A stretch of DNA of 64,000 nucleotides, from positions 35,154,001 through 35,218,000 of the forward strand of contig NC_086129.1 of assembly GCF_963921235.1 (NCBI RefSeq), written 5' to 3'. The position numbers were made by a program, and so were the translations under genes. Under the pieces are notes generated by a model. The model had not been told where the DNA came from. It saw only the letters and a program-made list of their open reading frames with translations, and made no database searches. The DNA is from Mobula hypostoma (taxonomy: Eukaryota). The first letter of the stretch is position 1. Each line of letters opens with the position of its first letter. Below are positions 38,757 through 50,526 of the stretch, one piece after another.

Positions 38757-38879
38757 ATGGGGCGGAAGTGTGCGTGGGTGACGACATCAGCGGGGCGGAA
38801 GGGGTAAGGAGCCGTTTTGAAAGAGGCGCCTTAATCGGACGGAGTTTAGTTACCGGACGGACGTTGGATTGTAGGAGCC
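38757..38879 (+). promoter_or_regulatory. rbm7: rbm7 CpG-island promoter / 5'UTR
   Basis: Two GGGGCGGAAG sites (GC box overlapping an ETS-type CGGAAG); CpG-rich; Kozak-like gccATGG at 38880. Confidence 0.7.
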
Positions 38880-38972
38880 ATGGGCGTATCGGATGATGCT
38901 AACAGGACGCTGTTCATTGGGAACTTGGACGCGAAAGTAACGGAGGAGCTTCTGTTCGAACTGTTCCTCCAG
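38880..38972 (+). CDS. rbm7: RBM7 exon 1
   Basis: MGVSDDANRTLFIGNLDAKVTEELLFELFLQ then GTGAGT (RRM RNP2). Confidence 0.94.
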
Positions 38973-39492
38973 GTGAGTGAGTGAGGGAGGGAGGGAGGAT
39001 TGTGGGGGGTGGTGGCGGCCTGTCGAGGCCTGTAGCTTCTCGGGCGCGCGCTTGGGTCATTCGGCCGCGTCGTCTGTTCTCCCGGGGCTCTGATACCTAG
39101 GGACGGTCTGACTGACTGCATCTTGAGGTGTAATTTTTTCCTCACCCCTGTCTTAACTACACTATTCAAAGTATCTACCTTTACCTTGTGCTGCGGCCGA
39201 CTTGCCTGGTGCTTAGTTTAAATTGTAACGAAACTCTCGTAAAAGTTCCCATATAATCAGCATCCTGGTAGAGTTATTGCCCTGCTAGCGGGTTTTGGTT
39301 TATTCGCACTACAAGAGTTCTAAGGCAGACTTTATTCTCTGTAACTGTATTTGCACAGATTTCAGCCACGCGGTTTATTTCAAACCCCATTTTAATCCGT
39401 CCGCTTCTGTTGAAGTGCAGTTCCGCCCCCGCAGGCGTTTTTTGAACGATCATGTTGAGAATGTACTACTCAGATTAGTTTCTCTTTCCCAG

Positions 39493-39655
39493 GCCGGTCC
39501 GCTTGTGACAGTAAAAATCCCCAAAGATAAGGACGGGAAGTCAAAGCAGTTCGCATTCGTGCATTTTAAACACGAGGAGTCAGTCCATTACGGAAAGGAT
39601 TTGCTGAATGGAATCCCGCTATTTGGCAGGGCTATCAAAATCCAGTTCAGATCAG
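39493..39655 (+). CDS. rbm7: RBM7 exon 2
   Basis: AGPLVTVKIPKDKDGKSKQFAFVHFKHEESVHYGKDLLNGIPLFGRAIKIQFRS(G), AG/GT, RNP1 KQFAFVHF. Confidence 0.95.
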
Positions 39656-41811
39656 GTAAACGTCAACTTAATAAATGAATCAAAGTATTTGCTTGGCGCT
39701 GGACATGCTCAGTAAACAGTTAAAGTGGTCAACAGTGCTGCGAGAGGTAAAAGTGCATTTTTAAAGTTTTGGAACTTAATTAGCAAAATTACAGGTTTTA
39801 AGTAGGTACACAAAATCAAATGGAATTGGACAAAGAGATTGTTTGGAAAGGTAACAGTAATGCCTGAGACTGGTAATTTTTTGAATGATTGAAAAGGGGC
39901 AGGAAATGTAACTGGGAATAAATGTTGGATTCTTTGTGATTCAGGGGAAAAGTTATCTGAGCCTGGAAGGCTGCAAGTCTCTAATGTTGAGTGGCTGTTC
40001 ATTGAATGTTGTATTCTGCTTTGTTGAAGCATTGTGGAAACTGCAATGTAGATCATGATCCATTGCATGCAGCTACTGATGGAGGGATGCCTCCAGGAGG
40101 AAGGGGGAATGTAAGCAGAGCACACCTCAGATTTCCCCATATTTTCACATTTAAGTCTGGAGCTTGATCTTTCTAAGATTCTAGTTGTTCAAAGCGGGAA
40201 AGGTAATTTACTTCTTGCACTCCCTTTTGTGCTGTGGCATCATCTACATAATGTTATCAAGAAGTACTTTGCAAACTACCTTTTAATCTTATTACTGTCA
40301 ACTGGTCTGGTTTTAAAGGTGAAACAGATTGTACTTGTATGATAATAGAAGTATTTTTAAATATAGAGTGCTTGTGTCACTTCAAGTTGCAATACAAAAG
40401 ATTTTCAAAGCAAGTCACTGGTGCCCCTCTTTGCACCATCTTGTAGAGTGCTGGTTAATTAGAATATAAATGGGTAAAATTGGTTTATTGGGGGCATGTA
40501 CTGAAGTATAGTTAAAAATTTGCCTTGCATTCTGTCCATACAAATCAAATCATTATGTCGGTGCTTTGAGGTAGTATAAGCTAATCAATAACACTGTAGA
40601 ATAAAATGCCCACCTTCAGTGCACTTTCTCTGTGCTGTCACAAAGGGGTAACTTGTACTAGGAAACTTGGATAGAAACTGTCCTTTAGCCTGGTACTTCC
40701 TGTTACACTGCTGGTGTTGAGGCCAGCAATGAAGGTCTGCCATCTCTGGTGGTGTTCAGGGCTGCTTTCATTGTGTCAGTAGCTTCCTCCTTGGTTTTTA
40801 CTACCGTCAGTCATGCAAGTCCTGATTAGAGACTCAGGAATACTGTTGCACTCAGATGTAGAAGGATTCTTCATTGTTGTTTCCATAACAATTTTGTTTT
40901 ACCAGTCAGGGTTGTTAGCCCTGAGCTGAACCCCTGAACCTGAGGAGCTGTGGACCACTCGTAGTCTGTCCTCTACCCTTTGACCTGTTTAGCAAAGGTG
41001 ACCCTACCGAGAGCCCTGACTCCAGCCAATGTAGCTCTTAGTCATTGAGGCCCAACACGGCTGTGGTCCTCTTGCAGGCCTTGAGTCTGGTGGTATGTGC
41101 TTTCAGGCTTTTGTATCTTCTTCCATATGGGAGGAAGGAGAAGAATTTCAGGGGTCAGTTGGATTATTGATTACGTTGTCTGCTTCACAGAGATGGTGAG
41201 GAGTGTAGATGGTGTCTACGGAGGGGAGGCTAGTTTCCATGATGTGCTGAGCTGTGCCCACAACTCCTTGCAGACATGACAAAACTGTTGTCATACTACG
41301 ATACATCTGGAGCAGTCCATTTAGCCCATGAAGCCTATGCCAAACACAATGTTGAATTAAACTGAATCTCTTCTACCTCCACATCATCCATATTCACTTT
41401 GTCTTTCCAAAAGCCCTTTAAATGTTGCTATTGTTTACATCACCCATTAACTCTGGCAGCTTGTTCCACTTGTTATAAAATCATATACCACCTTTACATT
41501 TCTCTTGCCTTTAAAGTGTATGTATTTGATATCTCCACGCTCAGGGGAAAGGATTCTGGCTAGCTACCCTATATACAGTGCCTATATAAAAAAAAAAGTA
41601 TTCTTCCCCCCCCCCCCAGAAGTTTTGTTTTACAACATTGAATCAATGGATTTAATTTGGCTTTTTTGACACTGATCAACAGAGAAAGGCTCTTCTGTGT
41701 CAAAGTGAAAACATCTCTACAAAGTGATCTAAATTGCAAATATAGAACACAAAATAATTGATTGCTTAGGTATTCACCCCCTTCAAGCCGGTAGTTAGTA
41801 GATGCAACTTT

Positions 41812-42320
41812 AGAAGCACAAAGGCATAGAAAACCTACAGCATAATACAGACCCTTCGGCCCATAATGCTGTGCTAAACATGTACTTATTTAGAAATTAC
41901 CTAAGGTTACCCGTAGCCCTTTATTTTTCTAAGCTGAATGTACCTATCCAGGAGTCTCTTAAAAGACCCTATCGCATTCGCCTCCACCACCGTTGCCGGC
42001 ACCCCATTCTACGCACTCACCACTCTCTGTGTAATAAAAAAAAAACTTACCCCTGACATCTCCTCTGTACCTACTTCCAAGTACCTTAAAACTGCCCTCT
42101 CACGTTAGCCATTTCAGCCCTGGGAAAAGCCTCTGACTATCCACACGATCAATGCCTCTCATCATCTTATACACCTCTATCAGGTCACCTCTCATCCTCC
42201 CCTGCTCCAAGGAGAAAAGGCTGAGTTCACTCAACCTATTCTCATAAGGCATGCTCCCCAATCCAGGTAACATCCTTGTAAATCTCCTCTGCACCCTTTC
42301 GAGAGTTTCCATATCCTCCC
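41812..42320 (-). mobile_element. CR1 3' fragment with 7-bp TSD
   Basis: LERVQRRFTRMLPGL...RMRGDLIEVYK; flanked by caacttt / caccttt. Confidence 0.85.
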
Positions 42321-42445
42321 CACCTTTGGCAGCAATTACAAACTTGAGTTCGTTTGGATCAGTCTCTGTGTCAACTTTGCACATCTGGACACTGCAATTT
42401 CCCCCCATTCTTCTTTACAAAACTGCTCAGACTCTTGTCAGATTC

Positions 42446-44369
42446 ATAGAACATATAGAACATAGAATAGTACAGCACAGTACAGGCCCTTCGGCCCACA
42501 ATGTTGTGCCGACCCTCAAACCCTGCCTCTCATACAACCCCCCACCTTAAATTCCTCCATATACCTGTCTAGTAGTCTCTTAAATTTCACTATTGTACCT
42601 GCCTCCACCACTGACTCAGGCAGTGCATTCCACGCACCAACCACTGTGTTTGGCATAGGCTTCATGGGCTAAATGGACTGCTCCAGACGTATCATAGTAT
42701 GACAACAGTTTTGTCATGTCTGCAAGGAGTTGTGGGCACAGCTCAGCACATCATGGAAACTAGCCTCCCCTCCATGGACACCATCTACACTCCTCACCAT
42801 CTCTGTGAAGCAGACAACATAATCAATAATCCAACTGACCCCTGACATTCTTCTCCTTCCTCCCATATGGAGGAAGATACAAAAGCCTGAAAGCCCATAC
42901 CACCAGACTCAGGTGGAGTAAAAAAAACCTTCCTCTAATATCCCCCTTGAACTTCCCACCCCTTACCTTAAAGCCATGTCCTCTTGTATTGAGCAGTGGT
43001 GCCCTGGGGAAGAGGCGCTGGCTATCCACTCTATCTATTCCTCTTAATATCTTGTATACCTCTATCATGGCTCCTCTCATCCTTCTCTCCAAAGAGTAAA
43101 GCCCTAGCTCCCTTAATCTTTGATCATAATCCATACTCTCTAAACCAGGCAGCATCCTGGTAAATCTCCTCTGTACCCTTTCCAATGCTTCCACATCCTT
43201 CCTATTGTGAGGTGACCAGAACTGGACACAGTACTCCAAGTGTGGCCTAACCAGAGTTTTATAGAGCTGCATCATTACCCCGCGACTCTTAAACTCTATC
43301 CCTCGACTTATGAAAGCTAACACCCCATAAGCTTTCTTAGCTACCCTATCTACCTGTGAGGCAACTTTCAGGGATCTGTGGACATGTACCCCCAGATCCC
43401 TCTGCTCCTCCACACTACCAAGTATCCTGCCATTTACTTTGTACTCTGCCTTGGAGTTTGTCCTTCCAAAGTGTACCACCTCGCACTTCTCTGGGTTGAA
43501 CTCCATCTGCCACTTCTCAGCCCACTTCTGCATCCTATCAATGTCTCTCTGCAATCTTCGACAATCCTCTACACTATCTACAACACTACCAACCTTTGTG
43601 TCGTCTGCAAACTTGCCAACCCACCCTTCTACCCCCACATCCAGGTCGTTAATAAAAATCTCGAAAAGTAGAGATCCCAGAACCGATCCTTGTGGGACAC
43701 CACTAGTCAAAATCCTCCAATTCGAATGTACTACCTCCACCACGACCCTCTGCCTTCTGCAGGCAAGCCAATTCTGAATCCACCTGGCCAAACTTCCCTG
43801 GATCCCATGCCTTCTGACTTTCTGAATAAGCCTACCGTATGGACCCTTGTCAAATACTTTACTAAAATCCATATAGATCACATCCACTGCACTACCCTCA
43901 TCTATATGCCTGGTCACCTCCTCAAAGAACTTTATCAGGCTTGTTAGACACGATCTGCCCTTCACAAAGCCATGCTGACTGTCCCTGATCTGACCATGAT
44001 TCTCTAAATAACCATAGATCCTATCTCTAAGCATCTTTTCCAACAGCTTTCCCACCACTGACGTAAGGCTCACTGGTCTATAATTACCCAGACTATCCCT
44101 ACTACCTTTTTTGAACAAGGGGACAACATTTGCCTCCCTCCAGTCCTCCGGTGCCATTCCCATGGACAACGAGGACAAAAAGATCCTAGCCAGAGGCTCA
44201 GCAATCTGTTCCCTCGCCTCGTGGAGCAGCCTGGGGAATATTCCGTCAGGCCCCAGGGACTTGTCCAATTCCCTAAATGTATTTTAACAACTCCAGCACC
44301 TCCTCTCCCTTAATATCAACATGCTCCAGAACATCAACCTCACTCATATTGTCCTCACCGTTCCCATTC
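42446..44369 (-). mobile_element. Young 5'-truncated CR1 with an uninterrupted RT ORF (481 aa)
   Basis: ORF 42823..44268: NYRPVSLTSVVGK, QHGF, DFSKVFD, GVPQGSVLG, KFADDTK, RPHLEYCVQFW. The C-terminus is chimeric with the inverted insert. Confidence 0.92.
42645..42911 (-). repeat. 267-bp inverted copy of 41082-41348 inserted within the CR1
   Basis: Base-by-base reverse-complement match with about 8 substitutions and no indels (counted by eye). Confidence 0.92.
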
Positions 44370-45482
44370 CATGGGGATCATGAGTGAACAGTCCTTTTCA
44401 AGTCCAGCCACAAATTCTCAATTGGATTGAGATCTGGTCTCTGACTTGGCCACTTCAGGACATTAACTTAGTTGTTTTTAAGCCATTCCTATGTAGCTTT
44501 GGCTTTATGCTTGGGGTCATTGTCTTGCTGGAAAACAAATCTTCTCCCAAGTTGCAGTTCGCTTGCAGACTGCGTCAGGTTTTCCTCCAGGATTTTCCTG
44601 TATTTTTGCTGCATTCATTTCACCCTCTCCATTCTCAAGCCTTCCAGGGCCTGCTGCAGTGAAGCATCTGATGATGTACAGGTGTTCGGCTTGCGCCAAA
44701 CATACTATTTAGTCTGATGGCCAAAAAGCTCAATTTTGGTTTCATCAGACCCTAGAACCTTCCAGCTGACTTCAGTGTCTCCCACATGCCTTCTGGCAAA
44801 CTCTAGCTGAGATTCCATGTGAGTTGTTTTTTCAACAGTGGCTTTCTCTTTGCCATTCTCCCAAAAAGCTGCGACTGGGAACGCACTTGGACAGCAGTCT
44901 CTCCCATCTCAGCCATTGAAGCTTGTAACTCCTCCAGAGTTGTCAATGGTCTCTTGGTGGCCTCTTGCAATAGTCCCCTTCTTGCACTGTCACTCGGTTT
45001 TGGAGGACTGCCTGCTCTGGGCAGATTTACATCTGTGCCATATTTTTTCCATTTCTTGATTGTCTTAACTGTACTCCAAGGGATATTCAGTGACTTGTAC
45101 ACTTTCTTGTATCCATCTCCTTGTACTTTTCAATACTCTTTTCATGGAGTTGCTTGGAGTGTTCTTTTGACTTCATGACATAGTTTTTGCCGGGATACTG
45201 ACCAGAGCTGGAACTTCCAGTTGCTGCTGCTGATGCTGGAGCAACAGTAGACCAGACATACAGTTTTCTGTGATTTTTGATTTTTTTTAAGCTGAAGTGA
45301 AGATGTTACTTCTATTTATGGAAAAGAGCGCATTGATTTTTTAAAAATAGAAATGAACGTGCTCTTTCTGCACAGGAAAACAAATTGTGTGGTAGTTTTA
45401 AATGTGTAAAGCAGGAATGTTAAATTTGCATTGTTTATACTTGAAATGGAAATTTGTAAACAAACCTTTGTTCCCTTCATAG

Positions 45483-45570
45483 GTAGTTCTCATGAATCTC
45501 GGGAAGGAAGCCTGTCTCAGACTTCAACTGCTTTCAGTCCCTACCAGACAAACCAGTTCAATAACAATAG
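45483..45570 (+). CDS. rbm7: RBM7 exon 3
   Basis: (G)SSHESREGSLSQTSTAFSPYQTNQFNNN(R), 88 nt, AG/GT, phases consistent with neighbouring exons. Confidence 0.88.
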
Positions 45571-46203
45571 GTAAAAACTTTTTTAAAGTTGCAAGACCAG
45601 CCAATTTCAGTATGTTGGTTCTGTGGCTTAAATGTTGTCAGAAATGAGATTATTGAACAGTCATGGTTTCAGGTCTAAAATTCAAAATAAGTTCCAGTAG
45701 TTTTTGTCAATGATTTTTTAATTTGTCCAAATTACAAAACTATAGTTAGTGTACAGGACAAGTCTGTTCCCTGCATTGGACTTGGAGTGGGGTTCAGTTA
45801 GGAGTTAGAAACTGATTCTAAATTTTATATTAGTGATTTGGTCATAGAACTCAAATACAAAAAGTTTCATCCTCCACCATTCATGTATGGTCTTGTCAAG
45901 AAATACTTTATTTTGGACTGTTCATTTTCAATGTAAAATGGGCTCTGTTTCTGACTTGATCATTTACTTGTCTAAGACCTTTTGCTTTGTATTTGTTCAG
46001 GAGATGCAAGGAATTCTTTTGGTTCAAAACAGAAACTAGTTGTACTTGGCAGAGAAGGAACTATTTGTATGTGGTTGTGGAATTCAGTTTACCAATCATT
46101 GTATTGGTCTGGTTTGACTTCAACAGTTTTGAGATGCCTGCTACTTTCTATTCCGTATTCATATTTTCCCTTTCTCTATTCCTCCCATTCTAACTTTTAA
46201 CAG

Positions 46204-46303
46204 GTTGGATCGATCAACAGATAGAGGATCTCAGGTATTTGCAACTCCACAATTGGTTCAGAGATCATTTTCTACACCTGATAATCTTCAAAGACAGGTC
46301 ACG
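46204..46303 (+). CDS. rbm7: RBM7 exon 4 (terminal exon not found)
   Basis: LDRSTDRGSQVFATPQLVQRSFSTPDNLQRQVT then GTAAGA. The conserved QRSFSxPxNxQRQ motif fits RBM7 rather than RBM11. Confidence 0.92.
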
Positions 46304-47666
46304 GTAAGAGAAATGGGTGTTTATGGCAAAAGTATGTTTTCAGCCTGAGTTTCTTGGAATAAATTTTCATTTATAGAATAGTTTTAAAAGTAGAGATGAG
46401 GATGGCATAGTGCCTTGAGGAATTGAAGTGATGGGTAATAGATGGTAGAGATGAGAGCAAGGGTTTTGTCTTGATGACAGAACATCCTTGTCTGTATCAG
46501 CGGGACTGTGGTGGAGATGGGTAACCACTTTAAGTCCTGGCTATGATCACTACCAAAGGTTTGTCCTCATTCAACAACCCAGAAAACACAATAGTGCCTT
46601 ACTTCCTTGGAAGATTAAGATAATTTGACATGTGATTCGTGACTATTGCCAATTTTTATAGATGTACCTTAAAAAGCATCTTATCTGAATCCATCAGTTT
46701 GGTTTGGTGACTTTTTTTCTGCCTAAGACTGAAAGAAATTGCAGCTATGAGCGCAGCAGCTCATCCAGCCTTCCCTGCGTTCACTGCCAATGATTCCTGT
46801 TGCCTCTGAAAAGGCAGCCAAGATAATCAAGGGCCCTTTCAATTCCATTCTCTTTTCTCATCCCTCCCATTGGCCAGAAGATACAGAAGCTTGAGAACAC
46901 ATGCCACCGAACTCGGACAGCTTCTATACCATGGTTGTCTGACTTTTGAACTGACCTCATATGAACTCTTGAGATCCCTGTTGTGGCCATTTCTGTATCT
47001 GTGCTGCACTTTCTTTGTAATTCCAGCACTATTTTCTGTATACCCTGTTGTGGGCTATGTACATCTCCCCTTCCACATTAGCCTGTCTGCTCTCAATTCA
47101 GCAATTGATCCATTTCTGACCATTTTACAGGCACTACACATGTCAAGTACCGCTCACACCACCGTAAGTTCATTTGATACAACTCTCATTGGCAACAATG
47201 AGGAAGAAGCAACTTCTCATGTTCTCAACTCCTGTTCTGAGATTTATTAGTCTACTTATTTACTTATTATTATTATTATTACTGAATTTGCAGTTGGTCT
47301 TTTTTTTTGTACATTGGTTGCTTGTCAGTATTTGTGTGTAGTTTCTCATTGATTCCATTGCATTTTCTTTGTTCTACTGTGAATGCCTGCCAGAGAATGA
47401 ATCTCAGGGTTGTATATGGTGACGTATATGTGCTTTGATAATAAATTTACTTTGGACTCTGGTGTGTGAAAGAAACGTAGTGCAGGGAAATGATTAAGGA
47501 AATTTGCCGCAATTAGCCTCTGCTTCACTGGGATATAGTATATAGAACCAGTTTTCATGGAATATACAAAGCTATGAAGTATTTAATTTCAATACCTCCC
47601 TATTTACATTAAGTTTTATTTTCAATGTTCAAAGTGAATTTATTAGCAAAGTACATATAAGTCATG

Positions 47667-47820
47667 CCAGCCAGTGGTATCATGGCATCCACACCAGACT
47701 TCGAAGTGAGTGGTCCTGGGTTCCAATCCGGTCGGCACCTTGCACACATTCCATCCGTGCTGAGTTGAGAGTTGAGTTAGCAACTTGGCCTCGTTTATAT
47801 ATTTAAAAAAAACAACAAAT
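47667..47820 (+). mobile_element. tRNA-derived SINE running into the gap
   Basis: Same family as 60451-60668 (gggttccaatcc B box; ccatccgtgctg). Confidence 0.7.
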
Positions 47821-48020
47821 NNNNNNNNNNNNNNNNNNNNNNNNNNNNNNNNNNNNNNNNNNNNNNNNNNNNNNNNNNNNNNNNNNNNNNNNNNNNNNNN
47901 NNNNNNNNNNNNNNNNNNNNNNNNNNNNNNNNNNNNNNNNNNNNNNNNNNNNNNNNNNNNNNNNNNNNNNNNNNNNNNNNNNNNNNNNNNNNNNNNNNNN
48001 NNNNNNNNNNNNNNNNNNNN
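47821..48020. other. Assembly gap (200 N)
   Basis: Exactly 200 N, flanked by truncated repeats. Confidence 1.
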
Positions 48021-48262
48021 CTTGTTTGCTATTTAAAAACTGTTTGCTCAAGGCACAGTGTTGTATCTAACAGCTATGCAAGTGCATGCAACTTACAGTG
48101 AGAAACTGTTCGACAACAGTCTCCTGCTTCAATTAAGCAGCATAGTATTCCAAATAAACAAAGGGAATCCCAGCTATTTTCTTGATTAATTTTTGTTCTT
48201 TAAGAATTGTCCCAAATAAGTGCCTGTCTCGATTAACTGGCCCAATTAACTGGAATCTATTG
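48021..48262. mobile_element. Partial Tigger/pogo-like MITE, same family as 57559-58381
   Basis: Ends cccaattaactggaatctattg|ta. Confidence 0.7.
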
Positions 48263-48741
48263 TATTAGGAATTTGCTGCAGAGTGTAGGTCAAGGCATGA
48301 TATGCAGCAAAAAATAATTTTCAACAATTATAAAGAATAAAAAAATTATATTAAAAAAATAAAGTAAGAAATAAAATGGGCATAAATATCAGCATGTATT
48401 TACAATGTAAACAGTGTTGTAAAGTGTTTACAGTGCAGTGACAGGGGTAATAGATGGGGGGGGGAGGGCGGGAACTGGTTGATTAGGCTAACTACCTGGA
48501 GAAGAAGCTTTTAAGATGACATGAACACAGACCAGAACACACTCTACACAATCAAGAAAGCTCACCATGCCTCTATGAGGAGGCTGAAGAGAGCTGGACT
48601 GTGCACATCTACACTTGCGTCCTTCTACAGATGCACAGTAACGAGCATCCTAACAAGCTTCATCACTGAATGGTATGGAAACTGCACTGCAGTGGAATGG
48701 AAGGCTCTAAATGGGTAGTCAAAGCTACCCATAATTTAGCA

Positions 48742-49073
48742 CTTTTACCCAAATATTGGGTAAAAGTCCAGAACGAGGGGTCACAGTTTGAGGATAAAGG
48801 GGAAGCCTTTTAGGACCGAGATGAGGAAAAACTTCTTCACACAGAGTGGTGAATCTGTGGAATTCTCTGCTACAGGAAACAGTTGAGGCCAGTTCATTGG
48901 CTATATTTAAGAGGGAGTTAGATATGGCCCTTGTGGCTAAAGGGATCAGGGGGTATGGAGAGAAGGCAGGTACAGGGTTCTGAGTTGGATGATCAGCCAT
49001 GATCATACTGAATGGCGGTGCAGGTTCGAAGGGCCGAATGGCCTACTCCTGCACCTATTTTCTATGTTTCTAT
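48742..49073 (+). mobile_element. Young CR1 3' fragment
   Basis: SRTRGHSLRIKGKPFRTEMRKNFFTQ; 3'UTR ending tttctatgtttctat. Confidence 0.8.
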
Positions 49074-50526
49074 TCTTATCCTGATTAATAATTACCTTAA
49101 AACCTGCAGAATTATGGTCACTGGTCCAAAAATGCACCTCCACTGAAATGTCAAGTACTTCAAAACCTCGCCAGGGTTATTACCCACTGTCTTGTAAATT
49201 GTCTCAAGAAACCCTCTGGATGAGTCTACCAATTCTGCTCCATCTGAGCCCTAGCACTAAGAGTTCCAGTGAATATTAGGGAAGCTAAAATAAGCTAATG
49301 TGGCCGAAAGAATAGCTGCAGTGTAGTGATTGCATTATTCTTACTCTTGGACCTCTACCCATATGGCCTCAGTGGATGAACCATCCAAGATGTCCTCTCT
49401 CGTTCAGCTGTGACATTGTCCCTGATTTGGTAATGCACACCCCCTCCAAACTTTCATATTTCTCTATCAAGTCTGAAACTTTTAATCCCTGAGACAATGA
49501 GCTGCCAGTACTGCCCTTCTCTAAACCCAGTTTCTATGATGCCTCCAATATCTTAGTTCCATGTATTAACCCAGGCTTTAAGGACATCTGCCTAACATGT
49601 TGTGCTACTTTCATTAAAATATCCAATTCTGCTTGTCAGTCCCATTGTGCTCGTTAACTTGGCCCTGCCTGATTGTTCCTGTTATGCACTTCCTTGACCT
49701 TCTCGAGGGGACGTAATTTTAAGGTGATTGGAGGAAAGTATATGGGATATGTCAGGTACATTTTTTAGAGTGGTGAGTGTGTAGAATGCCTTGCCAGAGT
49801 GATGGTAGAGACATTACAGACATTTAAGAAACTCTTAGGTAGGCACATGGATGATAGTGAAATGGAGGGCAATGTAGGAGGGAAGGGTTAGATTGATCTT
49901 AGTGTAGATTAAAAGGTCAGCACCTCATCATAGGCTGAGGGACCAGTACTGTGCTGTAATGTTCTATGTTCTCCTAAATCTCTCCACCTGCTGCTCTAAT
50001 TTACAATCCCCTGTCGCACTAATTTAAGCCCTCCCAAGAAAACCTTCCTGCAAGGATATAAATGAACCTCCAGTTTAGATGCAACCTGTACTTGGAAGAG
50101 AGTCCACTGATCCACTTGTCTGAAGCCCACCCTCTACACCAGCTCTTTAGTCACACCTTCAGCTGTACTACTTACTATGCTAACATGTGATGTAGCAAAT
50201 AATATCATTGGCTATTTTTGATTAATCTATGCCTATTGAAATGAAGGTTTATAGTTCCCTCAACATTAATTTCAAAAAAAAATTCCACTAAATTTTAATT
50301 GGACTATAATTATTCAGTTATCCCTTTCCCTTTTGTTTGAATGTTGCAATATTCAAAGTGCTTCAAGCCTGCTGTAGTCAGGGATAGTAGAAAAATTATA
50401 GAACCAGAAGCTCTATAATTTCTTCCTGTGTATTTTTTTAAACATCCTGCTATATGTTATATTTAGGGCTAGTGCTTTATCCACTTTTAAATGTCATCCT
50501 CCTTAATACTACTTCTGCTATATAAT

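Larger units (their letters stand above)
41576..45200 (-). mobile_element. Tc1-like transposon in rbm7 intron 2, interrupted by two CR1 insertions
   Basis: ta|cagtgcctat...aagtatt terminus. Pieces at about 41576-41811, 42321-42445 and 44370-45200 encode KSLNIPWSTVKTIKKWKKYG..NLPRAG, WSDETKIELFG and FQQDNDPKH. Confidence 0.8.

Noticed and set aside
42823-44268. Longest ORF (481 aa) as a host gene
   Set aside because: It is CR1 reverse transcriptase from a 5'-truncated LINE.
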